A DNA stretch of 62,471 bases, counting the filler, from Choristocarpus tenellus KU-1152 (Eukaryota; Protista; Phaeophyceae), in NCBI GenBank assembly GCA_964200185.2. It is 6 parts of 6 records of this genome, joined end to end, with 100 filler letters (N's around TTAATTAATTAA, not from the genome) between each part and the next. Parts side by side here need not be neighbours in the genome. Positions count along the whole stretch, not along the records: positions 1 to 17,194 come from CAXNAD020000704.1; 5 more parts are not named here. One strand, given 5' to 3'. This document shows positions 1-13,158 of the stretch, piece after piece (the first letter of the stretch is position 1; each line of letters opens with the position of its first letter). A program made the position numbers and the translations under genes. Below the pieces are notes generated by a model, which was given only the letters and a program-made list of their open reading frames with translations, searched no databases and was not told the origin of the DNA.

Positions 1-1347
1 CACCAATCAACAGTCAGTACAAGCTGGTAGATGTGTATCATATCAACAAGAAACAAATGAGTAGCCTATGTTTTAACACGCTGTACCCTAAATGCTAAAC
101 ACCGGGCGTGTTGGAAGGTATAAAGATAACAGGACTTCCTCTTCGTGCAAAGTGATCAGGTGCGTATGGCTCGAGGATGATGTGAACCGACCACGACGTG
201 CCATCCTCTCTGGGCCTGACTCGATACCAAAACATTTTCTCTCTCTCCTTCTGTTTGTTTCTCCTGTCCTATTTCCAACGTGCCCACCCGATGCAGACAT
301 CCCGCGATCAACTGAGAGGCTTAGTCCAACCACCGAATGCCGCCATGCCTCCAAAGACAACCAGAAGGTGAGTCCCCATAAAAGAAACGTTCACCCTTCG
401 TGCAGCCTACACTGCAGCGTTCTGATTGACCAATATGGCAAACACACCATTATGATTTAGCACCTTTGGCGGATATTACGGCTTTCATCCGTTCACGTAG
501 CATGTATTATCATGTGGCTGACATGATGGTGTGCCCAAGCGGTTGTATGACCCCCTATTCACGGCCCCTAATCCAACCATTGTCGCATAGTGTGCCGTAC
601 CGAACGCGCCCATCCGGGGTCGAGCCTTCCTCATCTACCGGCTGTTTGCAATTTGTAACGCATCCCGCCAATTCCTATGTACGCGTTCCTCTCGATACTA
701 AGTTCCAACATGTCTTGTATTCAGCTTTTGCGAAAGCACGAACATGCCCCTCCCATTAGGAATGATCTCGTTATTGCTTTCTTAAAGTATAGCCCAAATC
801 CGGGTTAGGTCTAGATGCCGTTGCTGTTGACCGTGCTACATCGATTAACATGAGATAGGCCGTACAAACAGACACGACACAGACAGGGTCCTAATTACAT
901 TCCCTCACATTCCAATACAGTGCAAAGCGGTAGCGATTGAGACCTCAACGTGTTATGTACGAAGGTCTTCAGGAGTACGACCATACCAATTTCGTCCACC
1001 ACTGCCATGTTACCACCTGTGAAAATATTTTTTCGGAAGCTCCAGATAGAATACTGAGTGAAAGCAATTTCACGTCAAAATCGGCGTAAACCCTATGCAT
1101 GCCAGTCTGTCTATTCCGCAGTATGGTCCACGGCTCTGTCGACTCTGGCGAATTTTTGTTTCGCGTATAGGCCTCCATGTCATGGTGCTTTGAAATCCAG
1201 AGAGCAAATGCTCATATTAGGCCAAGATTGGCAACGTCTGCGATGTTGGAGAGTTTCCAACGTATCTACCCCTCATTGCGTTTTTCTCAGTCGTGAACGT
1301 AACCACACGGCTTAACACATGTTTACATATTCATTTGTATTCGGAGC

Positions 1348-2770
1348 TTGTACCAAGCAGCTGTCAGCAGTGGTGACACCAACATTTTCAAACTCAATGC
1401 CCCGTATTTGTTACCTCTACAACCGTATACACACCAGCTGTCAATGATGATGTCACCAACGTTTTCACATTCGATACCCTCTATTTTTTACCGTTACAAC
1501 CGTGTATACACCAGCTGTCAATGGTGGTGTCACCAACATTTTCAAAATCGACGCCCTGTATTTATTACCTTTTCCACCATGTACACACCAGCTGTCAGCA
1601 GTGGTAATGCCAACATTTTTTAATTCAATGCCCTGTACTTATTACCTTTATAACCGTGTAGTACTCACCAGTAGCAGATGGTGGTGTCACCAACATTTTC
1701 ACATTCGATGCCCTGTATTCAATACCTTTTCCACCGTGTACACACCAGCTGTCAATGGTGGTGTCACCAACATTTTCACATTTGATGCCCTATATTTATT
1801 ACCTTTATAACCGTGTACTCACCAGCTGCAGATGGTGGTGTCACCAACATTTTCAATTACGGATGCCCTGTATTCATTACCTTTACAACCATGTACACAC
1901 CAGCTGTCAATGGTGGTGTCACTCACGTTTTCTCATTCGATGACCTGTATTCATTACCTTTACAACCGTGTGCACACCAGCTGTCAATGGTGGTAAGACC
2001 AACATTTTCAGATTCGATGCCCTGTATTTATGACCTTTACAACCATGTACACACCAGCTGTGAGCAGTGGTAATACCGACATTTTCAAATTCGATGACCT
2101 GTATTCATTACCTTAGCAACTGTGTACACACCTGCTGTCAATGGTGATGTCACCAACGTTTTCACTTTGAATGCCCTGTATTTATTACATTTGGATTAGT
2201 GTACACACCAGCTGTCAGCAGTGGTAACACCAAGGTTTTCAAATTTGAATGCCCTGCATTTATTACATTTGAATTGGTGTACACACCAGCTGTCAGCAGT
2301 GGTAACACCAACGTTTTCAAATTCGAATGCCCTGTATTTATTACATTTGGATTAGTGTTCACACCAGCTGTCAGCAGTGGTAATACCAATGTTTTCAAAT
2401 TTGATGCCCCGTATTTGTTACCTCTACAACCGTATACACACCAGCTGTCAATGGTGGTGTCGCAACGTTTTCACATTCGATACCCTCTATTTTTTACCTT
2501 TACAACCATGTACAAACCAGCTGTCAATGGTGGTGTCACCAACGTTTTCAAATTCAATGCCCTGTATTTATTACCTTTTTCGCCATGTACACACCAGCTG
2601 TCAGCAGTGGTAATACCAACATTTTCAAATTCAATGCCCTGTACTTATTACCTTTATAACCGTGTAGTACTCACCAGCTGCAGATGGTGGTGTCACCAAC
2701 GTTTTCATATTCGATGCCCTGTATTTATTACCTTTTCCACAGTGTACACACCAGCTGTCAATAGTGGTAT
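1348..2770. repeat. 77-bp minisatellite array, about 18 units
   Basis: ACACCAGCTG recurs at 1431, 1508, 1585 and onward (period 77, a few units slightly longer). Consensus is roughly acaccagctgtcaatggtggtgtcaccaacattttcaaattcgatgccctgtatttattacctttacaaccgtgtac. Confidence 0.95.
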
Positions 2771-2874
2771 CATCAAAATCACGACCGTCGCATCTATATT
2801 GTATTTGATCGAAACCGTTCATAAACCATATTCTGCCACCCCAGTCACTGACAATGTAAGCCCCGAAGTCAATG

Positions 2875-3129
2875 TTGCCTAAGTATCTTAGAGGGTACGA
2901 GTTTTTCGCTTGTTGTTCTTGGGGGCTTGGCTGCCTACGGGTTTTCAACGACATTTTATTTACTCAAAAATGTTTTAGAGAAGTACAATGTACACATTAT
3001 GGAAAGGAGTGTCCAAAAAAAGGACATCGACATCTCCAAAAAAAATGATGGCAAGATTTACAGCAAAAATGCAACATTTGAATTCGGCCACCAAATGGAC
3101 GCGGCTCTACCCCTAAGATACTTCGACCC
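2875..3129 (+). mobile_element. MITE family A (~255 bp), degenerate copy
   Basis: Ends are AAGTATCTTAGAGGGTAC ... CTACCCCTAAGATACTT. The interior matches the copies at 10645, 15440 and 51622. No TSD is visible. Confidence 0.85.
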
Positions 3130-4982
3130 GCACCCATAATACCAACCCTAACCCTAACCAAAATAAATTGCCTACATTTCGAACACTAATCCCAATCCGC
3201 CAAGAGACATATTTCACCTTGCATCGAACATGTCGACGTAGTTGCAATTCAGCAGCTATCATCTGAACTGATTACAGCAAATTCGACCGAACCTTTTTCC
3301 GAAATTGGAACATGGGTTGCAGTTGCATATGCTGAGAGTAATCAGACAACTCTGATCCGAAATAGAAGCAAGATTTCACGATGCAATTACACGCACCACA
3401 ACATTCGTCTGTCGAGTGTGACGTGGTGACACCTTCGATACAAACGTGTAAGGGCTCCGATATTATTGGAACTTTTCCGATAAGGTTCATATATATCACG
3501 TCGTAATGCAATCTCAATACAACTCGCATGATGGTACCATCACGCGCGCGTTTCTTAGTCCAGAAACCCCACTAACCCTCAACTTAGAATTTGATCGCTT
3601 CTACCGACCGACAGAACATACCAAATTTGTACTTAAAAGTACGTTCCAAAATCGACATGTATGAATCAAACTGGTGTATTCATGCTTTCACTTCTGCAGT
3701 TCGACGTAATGTTTTCCTGCTCAGGATTACTGTTTCAAATCGACACACACACACCCAACCATCTTGCCGCACTTTGGAAATTGATGGTCTTTACCGTTCA
3801 ATAGAACACATCCTCAGCGAGGAGGTACTCAATGGAGTGTGAGGTTCATCATCTCATCTGTCTACCGTATTTGAGTTCGTATCAAGCCACCTCACAATAA
3901 ACGCCCTGATCGCGCACATTAATGTAACCCTATAAAATCCGCAGGTGAAAAGGGACCTCGCGTTGAGGGAGGATGTGGAGGAGGGTACAAAATACCTGGA
4001 CATCGTCAAATACTCTGAGGGTGTTACCCTAAACACCAGTGACGAACACACAGGCAAGCAATTACATCATTGTACAACATTGCCATACATTAACATCAAA
4101 CATCGCTTCCTACACCAAACACACAACCTAGACCCTCACAGATCTTACCGACATTGGACAGTTTGACACCGTACATTGTCGCAGGGTTCTTCGGTTTTAT
4201 ATGTTGCAAAGTTGCTCGTCGAATAGATTGATTCATAATTTCACTTGTGTTGTACCGATCGACAGAACCCGGCAAAAGATGGGGAATTATATCGCGGTTC
4301 ATGTCTTTTAGTCCTATACGCATCCCCTTCACCCTATGTTACAAGCCCTACCTGTCTTCCTCATTTATGGACTCGAATAATCCGCCCAAGTTTAACCAGC
4401 CGCACGTACTCTAATCCATCTATCTTTTCCTCTCAGCCTCTGCCTCCTCCTCTATATCCTGCCTCGCTTACTCCTTCTCACCAACCTCTTCCTCATCCCT
4501 TGCCTCCTAATGCTAACCCCTCTTCCCGTTGTTTTGCCTCCTACTCCACCTCGTCCTTTGCCTACTTCTCCACCATCACATAGATAACACGAGTCACAAA
4601 CATTGTGATCACGCCAGAGAAAAACGCCACGTCCGAGCACGACCTTGACAAGTTCAAGTCCGAAACGAGCGCCACCCATAAGGGAGAAGTCGCCCTTCTC
4701 CGGACCCGACCAGGAGACATCGTAATCATATGCACCACCCTCGGGGACAACCTCAATCCGGATTGCATCCACCTCCTCATGGACGAACTCTCCACCTTCC
4801 ACAATTTTGCACTGGTGAAGACACTGGTAGCTGGTGGCGTATCCACGTCTATACCTTGTGGAAGACCCAACCCACCAGGTGATGAAGAGGAACAGGATAA
4901 CCCATCGCCTAGCCCTACAGTAGGTATGGGAAGCAGGACTCTACAAGGGGGAAGGCATACAACCACACCCTCAGAACGCGAA

Positions 4983-5625
4983 TCTGAAGGCGATGGGGAC
5001 CGACCCGTTTGTAACGCTTTGTCAGGTCCAGAGGAACTTGCACAGGAGGACGTGAGGGGGCGGCTAGGTAGGGACTCAGAGTCCATGCCTGTCAGGAGTG
5101 ACCGATGTATGTCCCCAAACGCCCATTCAGTGGGCAGCAGCGGTGACGAGTCCAAGCTGCCAGGGAACACCTATGACGATACTGTAGGTGAAGTGAGAAC
5201 CACGTCCATGCCCATCCAACCACAACATCGAGGGACAAGCCTTCCGTGAAAGGTAACGGAAAGAGGAAAAGGACGATAATTGGGAAGAAGAGGTTGAGAG
5301 AAGACTCTGAAGGCGATGGGGACCGACCCGATTGTTACGCTTTGTCAGGTCCAGAGGAACTTGTACGGGAGGACGTGGGTGGGCGGCTAGGCAGGGACTC
5401 AGAGTTCACACCTGTCGGTTGTGACCCCAGAATGTCCCCAAACGCCCATTCGATGGGCAGCGGCGGCGATGAGTCCCAAGTGCCAGGGAACACCTACGAC
5501 CATACTGTGAGGCGAAGTGAGAACCACGTCCATGCCGGTCCTACCCCAACACCGAGGGACAAGCCTTCCGAGAAGGGTAAAGGAAAGGGGAAAAGGACAA
5601 TAGTTAGGAAGAAGAGGGTGAGAGA
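4983..5625 (+). repeat. ~323-bp diverged direct duplication inside unidentified low-complexity ORFs, probably a TE relic
   Basis: TCTGAAGGCGATGGGGACCGACCCG...GGGACAAGCCTTCCG occurs at about 4983 and 5306. Both ORFs translate as SEGDGDRP..ALSGPEEL..EDV.GRLGRDSE. Confidence 0.85.
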
Positions 5626-7429
5626 AGGTGCTGGACGGATGAGACCCTTCAAACAGCCTCGTGGTTCTGATGGTAGCACTTTAGAACCTGGCTTCTTCGC
5701 AGACGTCTTCACTTCTGCCAAAAGGGCAGATACGCAGTAAATCCGTCTTCACCTACCTCAAGGTACAATTGTGTTACACAGGACGCAGCCGACTCCAGCG
5801 ATGCATCTGATGTGGGGATCACAAAGCCTTCATGGAGGCGTGCGTTACCGAGCTCCTACGATCGGCAACGAAACCTGCTCTTCGCAGTATCGAGTGCAGA
5901 CTCAAATCCTCACCCAAGTCATATACGACCATGGGTTCAGGCTCATCAAGGCCGGTAAAGGGGACGTTTCTCTTGTTTTCGGGGATGAATGCTACGTCCA
6001 CGGGCCCACGCAGGTTAAACTCGGCGATCATGGAGGGAAGCCAGGCAACACATTGCGTCCCGAGCATGTGGAAGCACTCCATGCGAGGAAGGCAATCTTC
6101 TCGAGCCTCGTGAAGCCCGAACCTTGGAACAGTAGGTACTCTACACGCCTAAATCTATGGCACCTTCTTGTCGACGCATACCCTAAGCTTGCAGAGTGGT
6201 AGGAGAAGTGTGACGAATGCAATTTCGAGTCCGCCCACCAATTGGAATAGGGATTCAGTCGTTTCAGATTTTTGTTGAAGTACGGATCGAGTTACAGGTA
6301 CACTGATTTATGCATCATTGTACCTTGCCTTGGTGTCCGACTACCACGTTTATGCACTTTCCATTCGATGAGTTATGCATTTAGACAGTGGTATCGGATA
6401 CATTGCTACCAGTCAGAGTCGTCAGCGTATCATATATCGTGCTCATGTTGAGGATTAGACCTGTGTTTTTATTTGTTTAAAAGAGCGTGTCCAATACAAG
6501 GCTTAGACTACTAAAATATAGAACATCAATCAAACAACTCTTCTCCATCTTCTCAGCAAACCCTTCCAAACAACTCGCAAAGACCCTCGATGGATACCCT
6601 GTCCTTTTCAAAGTCGCTAATTATTCCTTGAACACTACAACGCACCTCCCCCCTGCTTCTTAATACTCTATGCACCATCTCATGCTTTGTCCAAGTGTCA
6701 ACAAACTAGAACCGATCTCGTCCTCCTTCGAATCTTGGAGGATCATACACCGAAGTCCACGCACGATGTTCCTAAGCACAGCACCAACCCAGGACCTCTG
6801 GAAGTGTACAGAGAAACGTACGACAATAGACCTTGACCAATAACCATTCGTATACACCTCCAGAATCCGTCCACACATTACACGAAAGATAGGGTACACT
6901 AACCCCAAAACAAAACCTGACCCTTTTCCCTTCCTTCATACCAACAACTTCAACGTTAACACCCTCAGCGACAATCACGTTTGTTTACATACTTAAACCC
7001 GATACATGCACGCAAATAAACGAAGTACTATATGTAAAACAGTACATAATATATGTTTTGGTTCCTCGTGTACACACCGGGAGAACAGGCCCTGACTGAC
7101 AGTCCTCTTTGTGTACATACCAGACACGAATCATGCAAGCAAATAAACGAAACAACCAACCTCGCAACAGTCCATAGTCTTTTTTTCAATTCCTCATCCT
7201 AACAGTCGGAAAACACACCCTAACCGACAGCCCTCTTTATGTCCTAACCAAACCCCACTCATGCAACCAAACAAACCAATAATCCAGTTTGAACAGACTC
7301 GAAATCTGACACATGCAAACGTTGAAACTCCTAACCAAACCCAAATAAATGGTGGCATATATTCCCATTCTTCTTGCGTACGCGAGGACGGAAAGGAACC
7401 TAACCAACAGTCTTCTTTTTTTGCTGACA

Positions 7430-7529
7430 TTTCAAATCCGACACGTGCGACAAAATCACACAAAAAAAAAAAAAAAAAAAAAAGGGTGAAAAACGGACGC
7501 CGACACACACACCCCAGATACTTTGACCC
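7430..7529 (-). mobile_element. MITE family B, partial copy
   Basis: ATCCGACACGTGCGACAAAATCAC...CCCCAGATACTTTGACCC matches the right half of the 49079-49258 copy. Confidence 0.65.
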
Positions 7530-7599
7530 CACTACCTCCCAGAAAGAAAAGGATTCCGAAAGGGTAAGCCAGGGAAGAAAGGGTGGGCTCCACCCTCCA

Positions 7600-8282
7600 C
7601 TAAGGTACACAGCACAAGAGTCACATTCCTAACATGATATTCATCTGTGCCGTTTCACGCCCAGATTCTCCCCACGATTTCGATGGCAAGATCAGAATCC
7701 GGCGTGTTAACGTAAACAAGAAGGCGTGGAGGAATTCAGTCCATCGCGAGAAGGGGTAGCAATATGACTTCGATGTGACCATCGACTCTGAGTGGTACCT
7801 ACATGGAAAATTTTCTCCCCATATTGAAGGAATGAAGGACATGGTTAGAGGGTGAGGGCGCGGTCGTGCACCAGGACGGAGCGACCCCCCATGCGGAAAA
7901 AGACACACCGTGAAAGCTCAATGAACCTGGGAGGAAGGGAGGGTGGAACATCAAGCTCGTAACGCAGCCTGCACAGTCACCTGATCTCAATATCAACCAT
8001 TTGGCGTTCTTTCCAACCCTAATAAGTGGAATTTGGAGGGAGCGCTATAGTACGATAGACGACCTTGTGAAGGGGGGAAAGAGCACATACCGCGCGTATA
8101 GTGCAGTTTCTTTAGAGAGGGTATGGCAGAGCCTCTTTAAGCGGTACAATCAAGTTTTGAAGGTACTAGGGGGTAACTATTTCGAGGTACAGCACACCGG
8201 AACTAAGAAAAAGTGGGGTAGGGGAAGTCTTTCAAAATCGGCCATAATGGACAGAGGAGTTTTCGACACGGCAGTGGATTGA
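7600..8282 (+). pseudogene. Degenerate Tc1/mariner transposase, DD39D-like (plant/oomycete mariner type)
   Basis: Translation across stops and frameshifts gives HIPNMIFICAVSRP..DFDGKI, QPAQSPDLNINHLAFF and LERVWQSLFKRYNQVLKVLGGNYF. These match the family motifs KVMFLAAVARP..FDGKIG, QPPNSPDLNVLDLGFF and GGNxY. Confidence 0.8.
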
Positions 8283-10644
8283 TCGATTGATGATCACGAG
8301 GAAAGCGACAAACAATGGATTTCACGTAAAAATCATCAAGGAATCCAACGTAAAAAAAGGTTTTGCTTTGCTCACGAATTCTGTATTATTATTGTTTATT
8401 TTCTGTTTGCATTCCACCCATGTTCCTCCTCCCCATTGTACCACCAACTGTGACCAACCAGTGCGAACCCCTTTCGCCACTGATTTCCAGTCAACCACCC
8501 CACCTTTCAACCTCACCCATCCCCACACCAATTACCACTCCACCACACCATTCAACACCACTGAACCCCCCCTCAACACTTTCCACCACTTTCCACTTCC
8601 CCACACCACTCCACAATCACCCAAGAACACCCCTTTATCATCCACTACATACTGCGCCTGTGAACTAGAAGACATCTATCCTGCCCGAAGTTGACCCACC
8701 CCCCCCTTACCCAGCATCCCAGTCGGTCGTGAGCAAGCAATAAAGGGTGGGTGGGTGGAAGAGATTGCTCAGAGGTTGTCTTGTTCTAGCCCTGGTTGTC
8801 CCGTACCCCCAGCCTCAGGTTTTCCTTTACATTCTGACCATTCCTTCCTACCTCATGCTTCCACCTAGTTTCTTCTAACTTCTCTCCCACCTGTTCTGCC
8901 TCCTAGTCACTCAGCACTCAACTCTTCGTCCACCCTTTGATATTTTTCTTTTTCCCCAATCACCCTCCCTTCCCTGTACGTCCGTCCTACCAGAATTCTC
9001 CCGCCCACAAAACTCAGATTACTTCATAAACTTCCCTTTTTTCATCGGAGGTCATCTCCAGAAGTTACACCCTCAACGTCGCAGACTTATGGAACAGATG
9101 GAGTACGAAAAGTGAATGTCTCAACAATTAGCGTCAACACGATTTGTCCTCGACAAGACATGACTAAGTAGTTGACCTTTCATTGTGACGTGTAGTGTGT
9201 CACATAATCCACTTTGGCGGTTGGTCACCAAGTTCTTTCAAGCTGAAGTAGGTGAGAGAAGTTTGCAAAATGTTTGCTTTTCATCAGTCTCTTCCCCGAA
9301 AACATGCCTCCGTTTCCAAAACCAAAATAGATTGGATGCAAGAGATAAGGACCAACGGCGACACTCTCATTAATATAGAACTTGTAACCCTCTGAAGACG
9401 ATTGATCTACCGCTATTCAAACTCAGCACAGCGTCAGCTCCTTATCCAAGGCTGGATATGCATCTGTTGATTGATACATATGATAAAGAGTGGTGTGGTA
9501 ACTGAACCATTGGATAAAATGGCGAACAGTAGTGATGTGGAACTGACGAGTCAAATCAGTTGAGAGGTGGGCAAGTTTGAACCCTTTTGCATTCTAAGCC
9601 ATCTTTCTTACCCTGTGCAGTACACTCTATTTCATTGCTCCATGTGTGCACAATAGTGTACGCAATATTTATATTCTCCTTTCCAAATAGAACTTGGTAA
9701 TACACATCTGCAAAGCCTCTTCCGGAATTGTACAAAATTACATATTTGTTACCTTTCTGGGGATCCTTATAATGTGACCCTGACTAACTCTCAGTTTCTT
9801 TGACTCTGGAACCATTATATTTTAAGTTACTAAGGTACAGAACTGTGGTGTGAACACTTCGCCATTATTTGGTGGTGCTACTGAACAGTGATGCCTCCAC
9901 TCAATTAAATCTTGGTATTGCAAAATATACAATGGTGTGTGTACTCACTGAACTGTTGGTGGTAAAAAATCACAGTGATGTGTTCACGCAGCTGTCTGTA
10001 CCGCGTCCCTCCTTGCCATGCGTATTTTGGTCTATTTTTCAAACCGTCAACCAACAAAGTTATTCTTCAAAACAGGGACTTTCATCGGTCTGGGAAATGC
10101 AAAGGGGCCTGTTCACAGCCTGGACTAATTCCAACATTTTATGACATATCCAGACCAGGTCCATCAAGAATTGTAACCTGGGTAGAAGTAAACGAGATGC
10201 ACGCAGGTTTACATTTTGAGGGCGATGACGAATATGTCCAAATATCGGTCTTTTCTGCAAGTGCTTGTAGGGATGTTAAAGAAGCTGCTGTTTCCCAAGA
10301 TCTGTGTATATAAGTGACTTGATTACTATACAGTGGAAGTCTTGGGGGCCTCGATAAACAAGCAGAAAGTTTTTAGATTAGCTGGCTGCACATGCAGTGG
10401 GGGGGAGATGGGCGGGGGCTTAGAGAAGGAAAGGGGCTGTCAAGTCCCGGTTCTGACAGATAGGGTCCGTCACTGCACAAGTGACTCTTGAGATGTGTTG
10501 TGCACTTCAGGTGAGAGACAACAGGCAGATGAGTAAGAAGGGGTCTGTTAGATTCTTGTAATTCTTCCCTAGCTCCTTCCTCAAATTTTGTAGAGCTACG
10601 GTAGGTTAGAGGCATAGCAGCAGTGTACACAATACATTGCAATT

Positions 10645-10901
10645 GAGCCAAAGTATCTTAGAGGGTACAGCCGCGTCCATTTGGGGACCAATCTCCAAAG
10701 TCGCGATTTTTAATAATTTTGGCTATCATTTTAATTTTAAAGTGTCAGTATCCTTGTTCCAGACTCACCTTTTCATGACGTATACATTTTACCTAGTCCG
10801 AAACATTTTGGAGTAGGAAAATATAAAAAAAAAAGCACGGGAAGCCAAGCCCCAAATGGACAAAAAGGGCAAAACTCGTACCCTCTAAGATACTTTCACT
10901 T
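10645..10901 (-). mobile_element. MITE family A, full copy
   Basis: TIRs GAGCCAAAGTATCTTAGAGGGTAC / GTACCCTCTAAGATACTTTCACTT, flanked by ATT on both sides. Confidence 0.9.
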
Positions 10902-11563
10902 ATTACCAACCTTTAAGGGAGCATCGCAGTACAGCTACTATTCAAATAGAAATTACATTTGGAGAGGTACCTTTTACACTATGGAAAACTGTTACTTCTA
11001 CAAGGGTCCATGTGACTTTGGCTTGACATCTCCCCTGATACAGTCACAAAACGCCAGAGTGCATAAAAGTATATACTTAGTAAAAACTAAACCCCCACAC
11101 TCTTTCAATGTTCTCACTTGTCCCACAATGCAAACACTGTCATAAAGACTTTCTTTTATAGGGTGCTCCCAAACCAAGTACCTGAAGTGTAAATTATGTT
11201 ATTCCGTGTCGGCGTGGTTGACTCCGATAAGTTCACCTAAAAAATATTGAACAAGGCGACCCAGACACGTACCAAGATAAACTGTAACCAAGAAAGAACA
11301 ATAACAACATTTTAGAGTTAAACAAAACAGGAGGGGAGAGAATTGCGATTCAGGAGGGACTCCAAAAATAATCAATCACTTATTTGTCGCTCAGAGAAAA
11401 AGAAACGTCCACAATCTTCGAAACCACTGGGCTCTTGAAGAGACCTCACCAAACTGTCACCCTGAAGATGAGGTCCACAGAAACCTGTGGAGGGTGCAGA
11501 TCCTCCAATGTTTATGAAACGTTATACTTCTATAAATTAGTACCTTTAAAGATAATGTACGAG

Positions 11564-11636
11564 GCCGGGGTAGCTCAGTCGGTAGAGCGTACGACTCTTA
11601 ATCGTATGGTCGTGGGTTCGAGCCCCACCTTCGGTG
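11564..11636 (+). tRNA. tRNA-Lys (anticodon CTT), intronless
   Basis: Cloverleaf: acceptor GCCGGGG/CTTCGGT, D arm GCTC..GAGC, anticodon stem TACGA/TCGTA with loop CTCTTAA, T arm GTGGG-TTCGAGC-CCCAC. A TTTT run at 11640-11643 is a likely Pol III terminator. Confidence 0.96.
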
Positions 11637-12365
11637 TACTTTTGAACCTTACTACATTATCTCTACATTTCCTAATGTATGATCATTATGACTTACCCAG
11701 ATTTCTTACGTGTATTGTTTTTTTCCCTTCCAATTTCTTGTTTTGCTCATGAATTCTGGATTCATTTGGTTTCCCACTCTTAACCTCACATCCACTTCAC
11801 TCATCAACTGATGTCACACCACTCATTCCTTACCACACCAATGTCACACCTTGCCTGTTACCACACCAACTATGCACCAACTATGCTGCCACTTTCCGTG
11901 TATCCACTCAAAAAATAATACAGACAATTTTCGGGGAGCCGCCCATAAGCTACTACCATCACTTTCCATGTATCCACTCACACACTGGTGCAATGGCCGA
12001 TTTACCTACAAACAAATAAAAGACAATCTCCGAGCATCCATCCACAAACCAATGCTATCATTTTCCATGTATCCACACACAAACCAGTACGACCACTTTC
12101 CATATATCTACTTCCAAATCATTGAGACCAATTTCCATGTATGGTATCCACTCCAACACCAATCCTCCCAAAACGCTCCACCTCCGCACACAACACTCCA
12201 CGTTCATCCAAAAACGCCCAACAATCATCCAGATGACTCCAACTCCATACACTCCCATACAGAGGCTTTGAACTTGAAGACAACTACTCCAGCCGAGCTT
12301 TTCCTCTCCTTTGTGTCAATGTCGTATCTAGTTCCTAGGCACTCTCTCTCGCCCCAGTTGTATTA

Positions 12366-12715
12366 TAGGTGATATGTCTTGATGGCGGTTTCATGAATGC
12401 CATTATGTGTTACAGCACGCTCTAGAAGGTTACCTCCACAGAATGTAGCTCCAATCTACAGGCCTATAGATGAGCTGATGCACATAAAGGACTCCTGATG
12501 CACAAGTTGTCAAGTATGTTGGATCTCTCTCTTGGATTATTCCCTTCATAAGCATCATCAATATCATCATATAAAAAGGAACTGGCAACGATGTACAAAT
12601 TGGGGGCAAAATAATAATAAAAATAATAAATAAATAGTCAAGTACAAATATATCAACTCTAGTACTTCAAGATCGTGATGGTGTTTATGAAATCACCATC
12701 AAGTCGTATTGCCTG
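12366..12715. mobile_element. Non-autonomous Tc1/mariner-type element (~30-bp imperfect TIRs, TA TSD)
   Basis: TA|TAGGTGATATGTCTTGATGGCGGTTTCATGA ... TTATGAAATCACCATCAAGTCGTATTGCCTG|TA. A similar TIR followed by TA recurs at 34673-34703. Confidence 0.7.
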
Positions 12716-12734
12716 TAACATATGACCTTGAAGT

Positions 12735-12913
12735 GGCTCAAAGTATCAGGGGGGGGGTGGCGGCTTCCAATTTAGGGTCATTTTTTTCATATCACGGTTT
12801 TGGGGTTATTTTGTTGCATACATCGAATGGATAATGTAAATGCACTTTTCCTAATTTTAGACCAAATGGACATCCTGGTGTAGACTCCCCTCCCCCCCCA
12901 GATACTTTGGGTC
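12735..12913 (+). mobile_element. MITE family B (~180 bp), full copy
   Basis: GGCTCAAAGTATCAGGGGG...CCCCCAGATACTTTGGGTC with a 3-bp TSD, AGT/AGT. Confidence 0.9.
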
Positions 12914-12917
12914 AGTC

Positions 12918-13158
12918 CTAGATTTTATATGTTTGTATTTCTTGACTATTTATTTATTATTCGGTCATCATGATGCTCAATAGAGATTAGACATCATTGA
13001 CCAGTGCCTTTTATACGATTATATTGATACTTATGAAGGGAATAATCCAAATGAGAGATTCAGCATATTTGAAGACTTGTGCATCAAGAGTCCATACGTG
13101 CATCAGCGCCATCTATATACTTGTGGACTGGAGCTATGCATCCCGTGGAAGTAAGCTA
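12918..13158 (-). repeat. Inverted diverged copy of 12425-12662
   Basis: For example, GGATTATTCCCTTCATAAG (~12534) versus CTTATGAAGGGAATAATCC (~13030), and GATGCACAAGT versus ACTTGTGCATC. Confidence 0.85.

Noticed and set aside
1348-2770. CRISPR-like array, or an LRR-like 26-aa repeat protein (LKTLVLP on the minus strand)
   Set aside because: There are no unique spacers or cas genes. Most units are 77 bp, so the frame shifts every unit, and the LRR Asn/Cys position is missing.
3139-3160. ACCCTAACCCTAACC telomere-like motif
   Set aside because: Only about 2.5 units, internal, and not an array.
11455-11525. Hammerhead-like CTGAAGA...GAAAC upstream of the tRNA
   Set aside because: Stem II is only 2 bp and the cleavage triplet would be GUG. 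The alternative GAAACGTT has no stem I partner.
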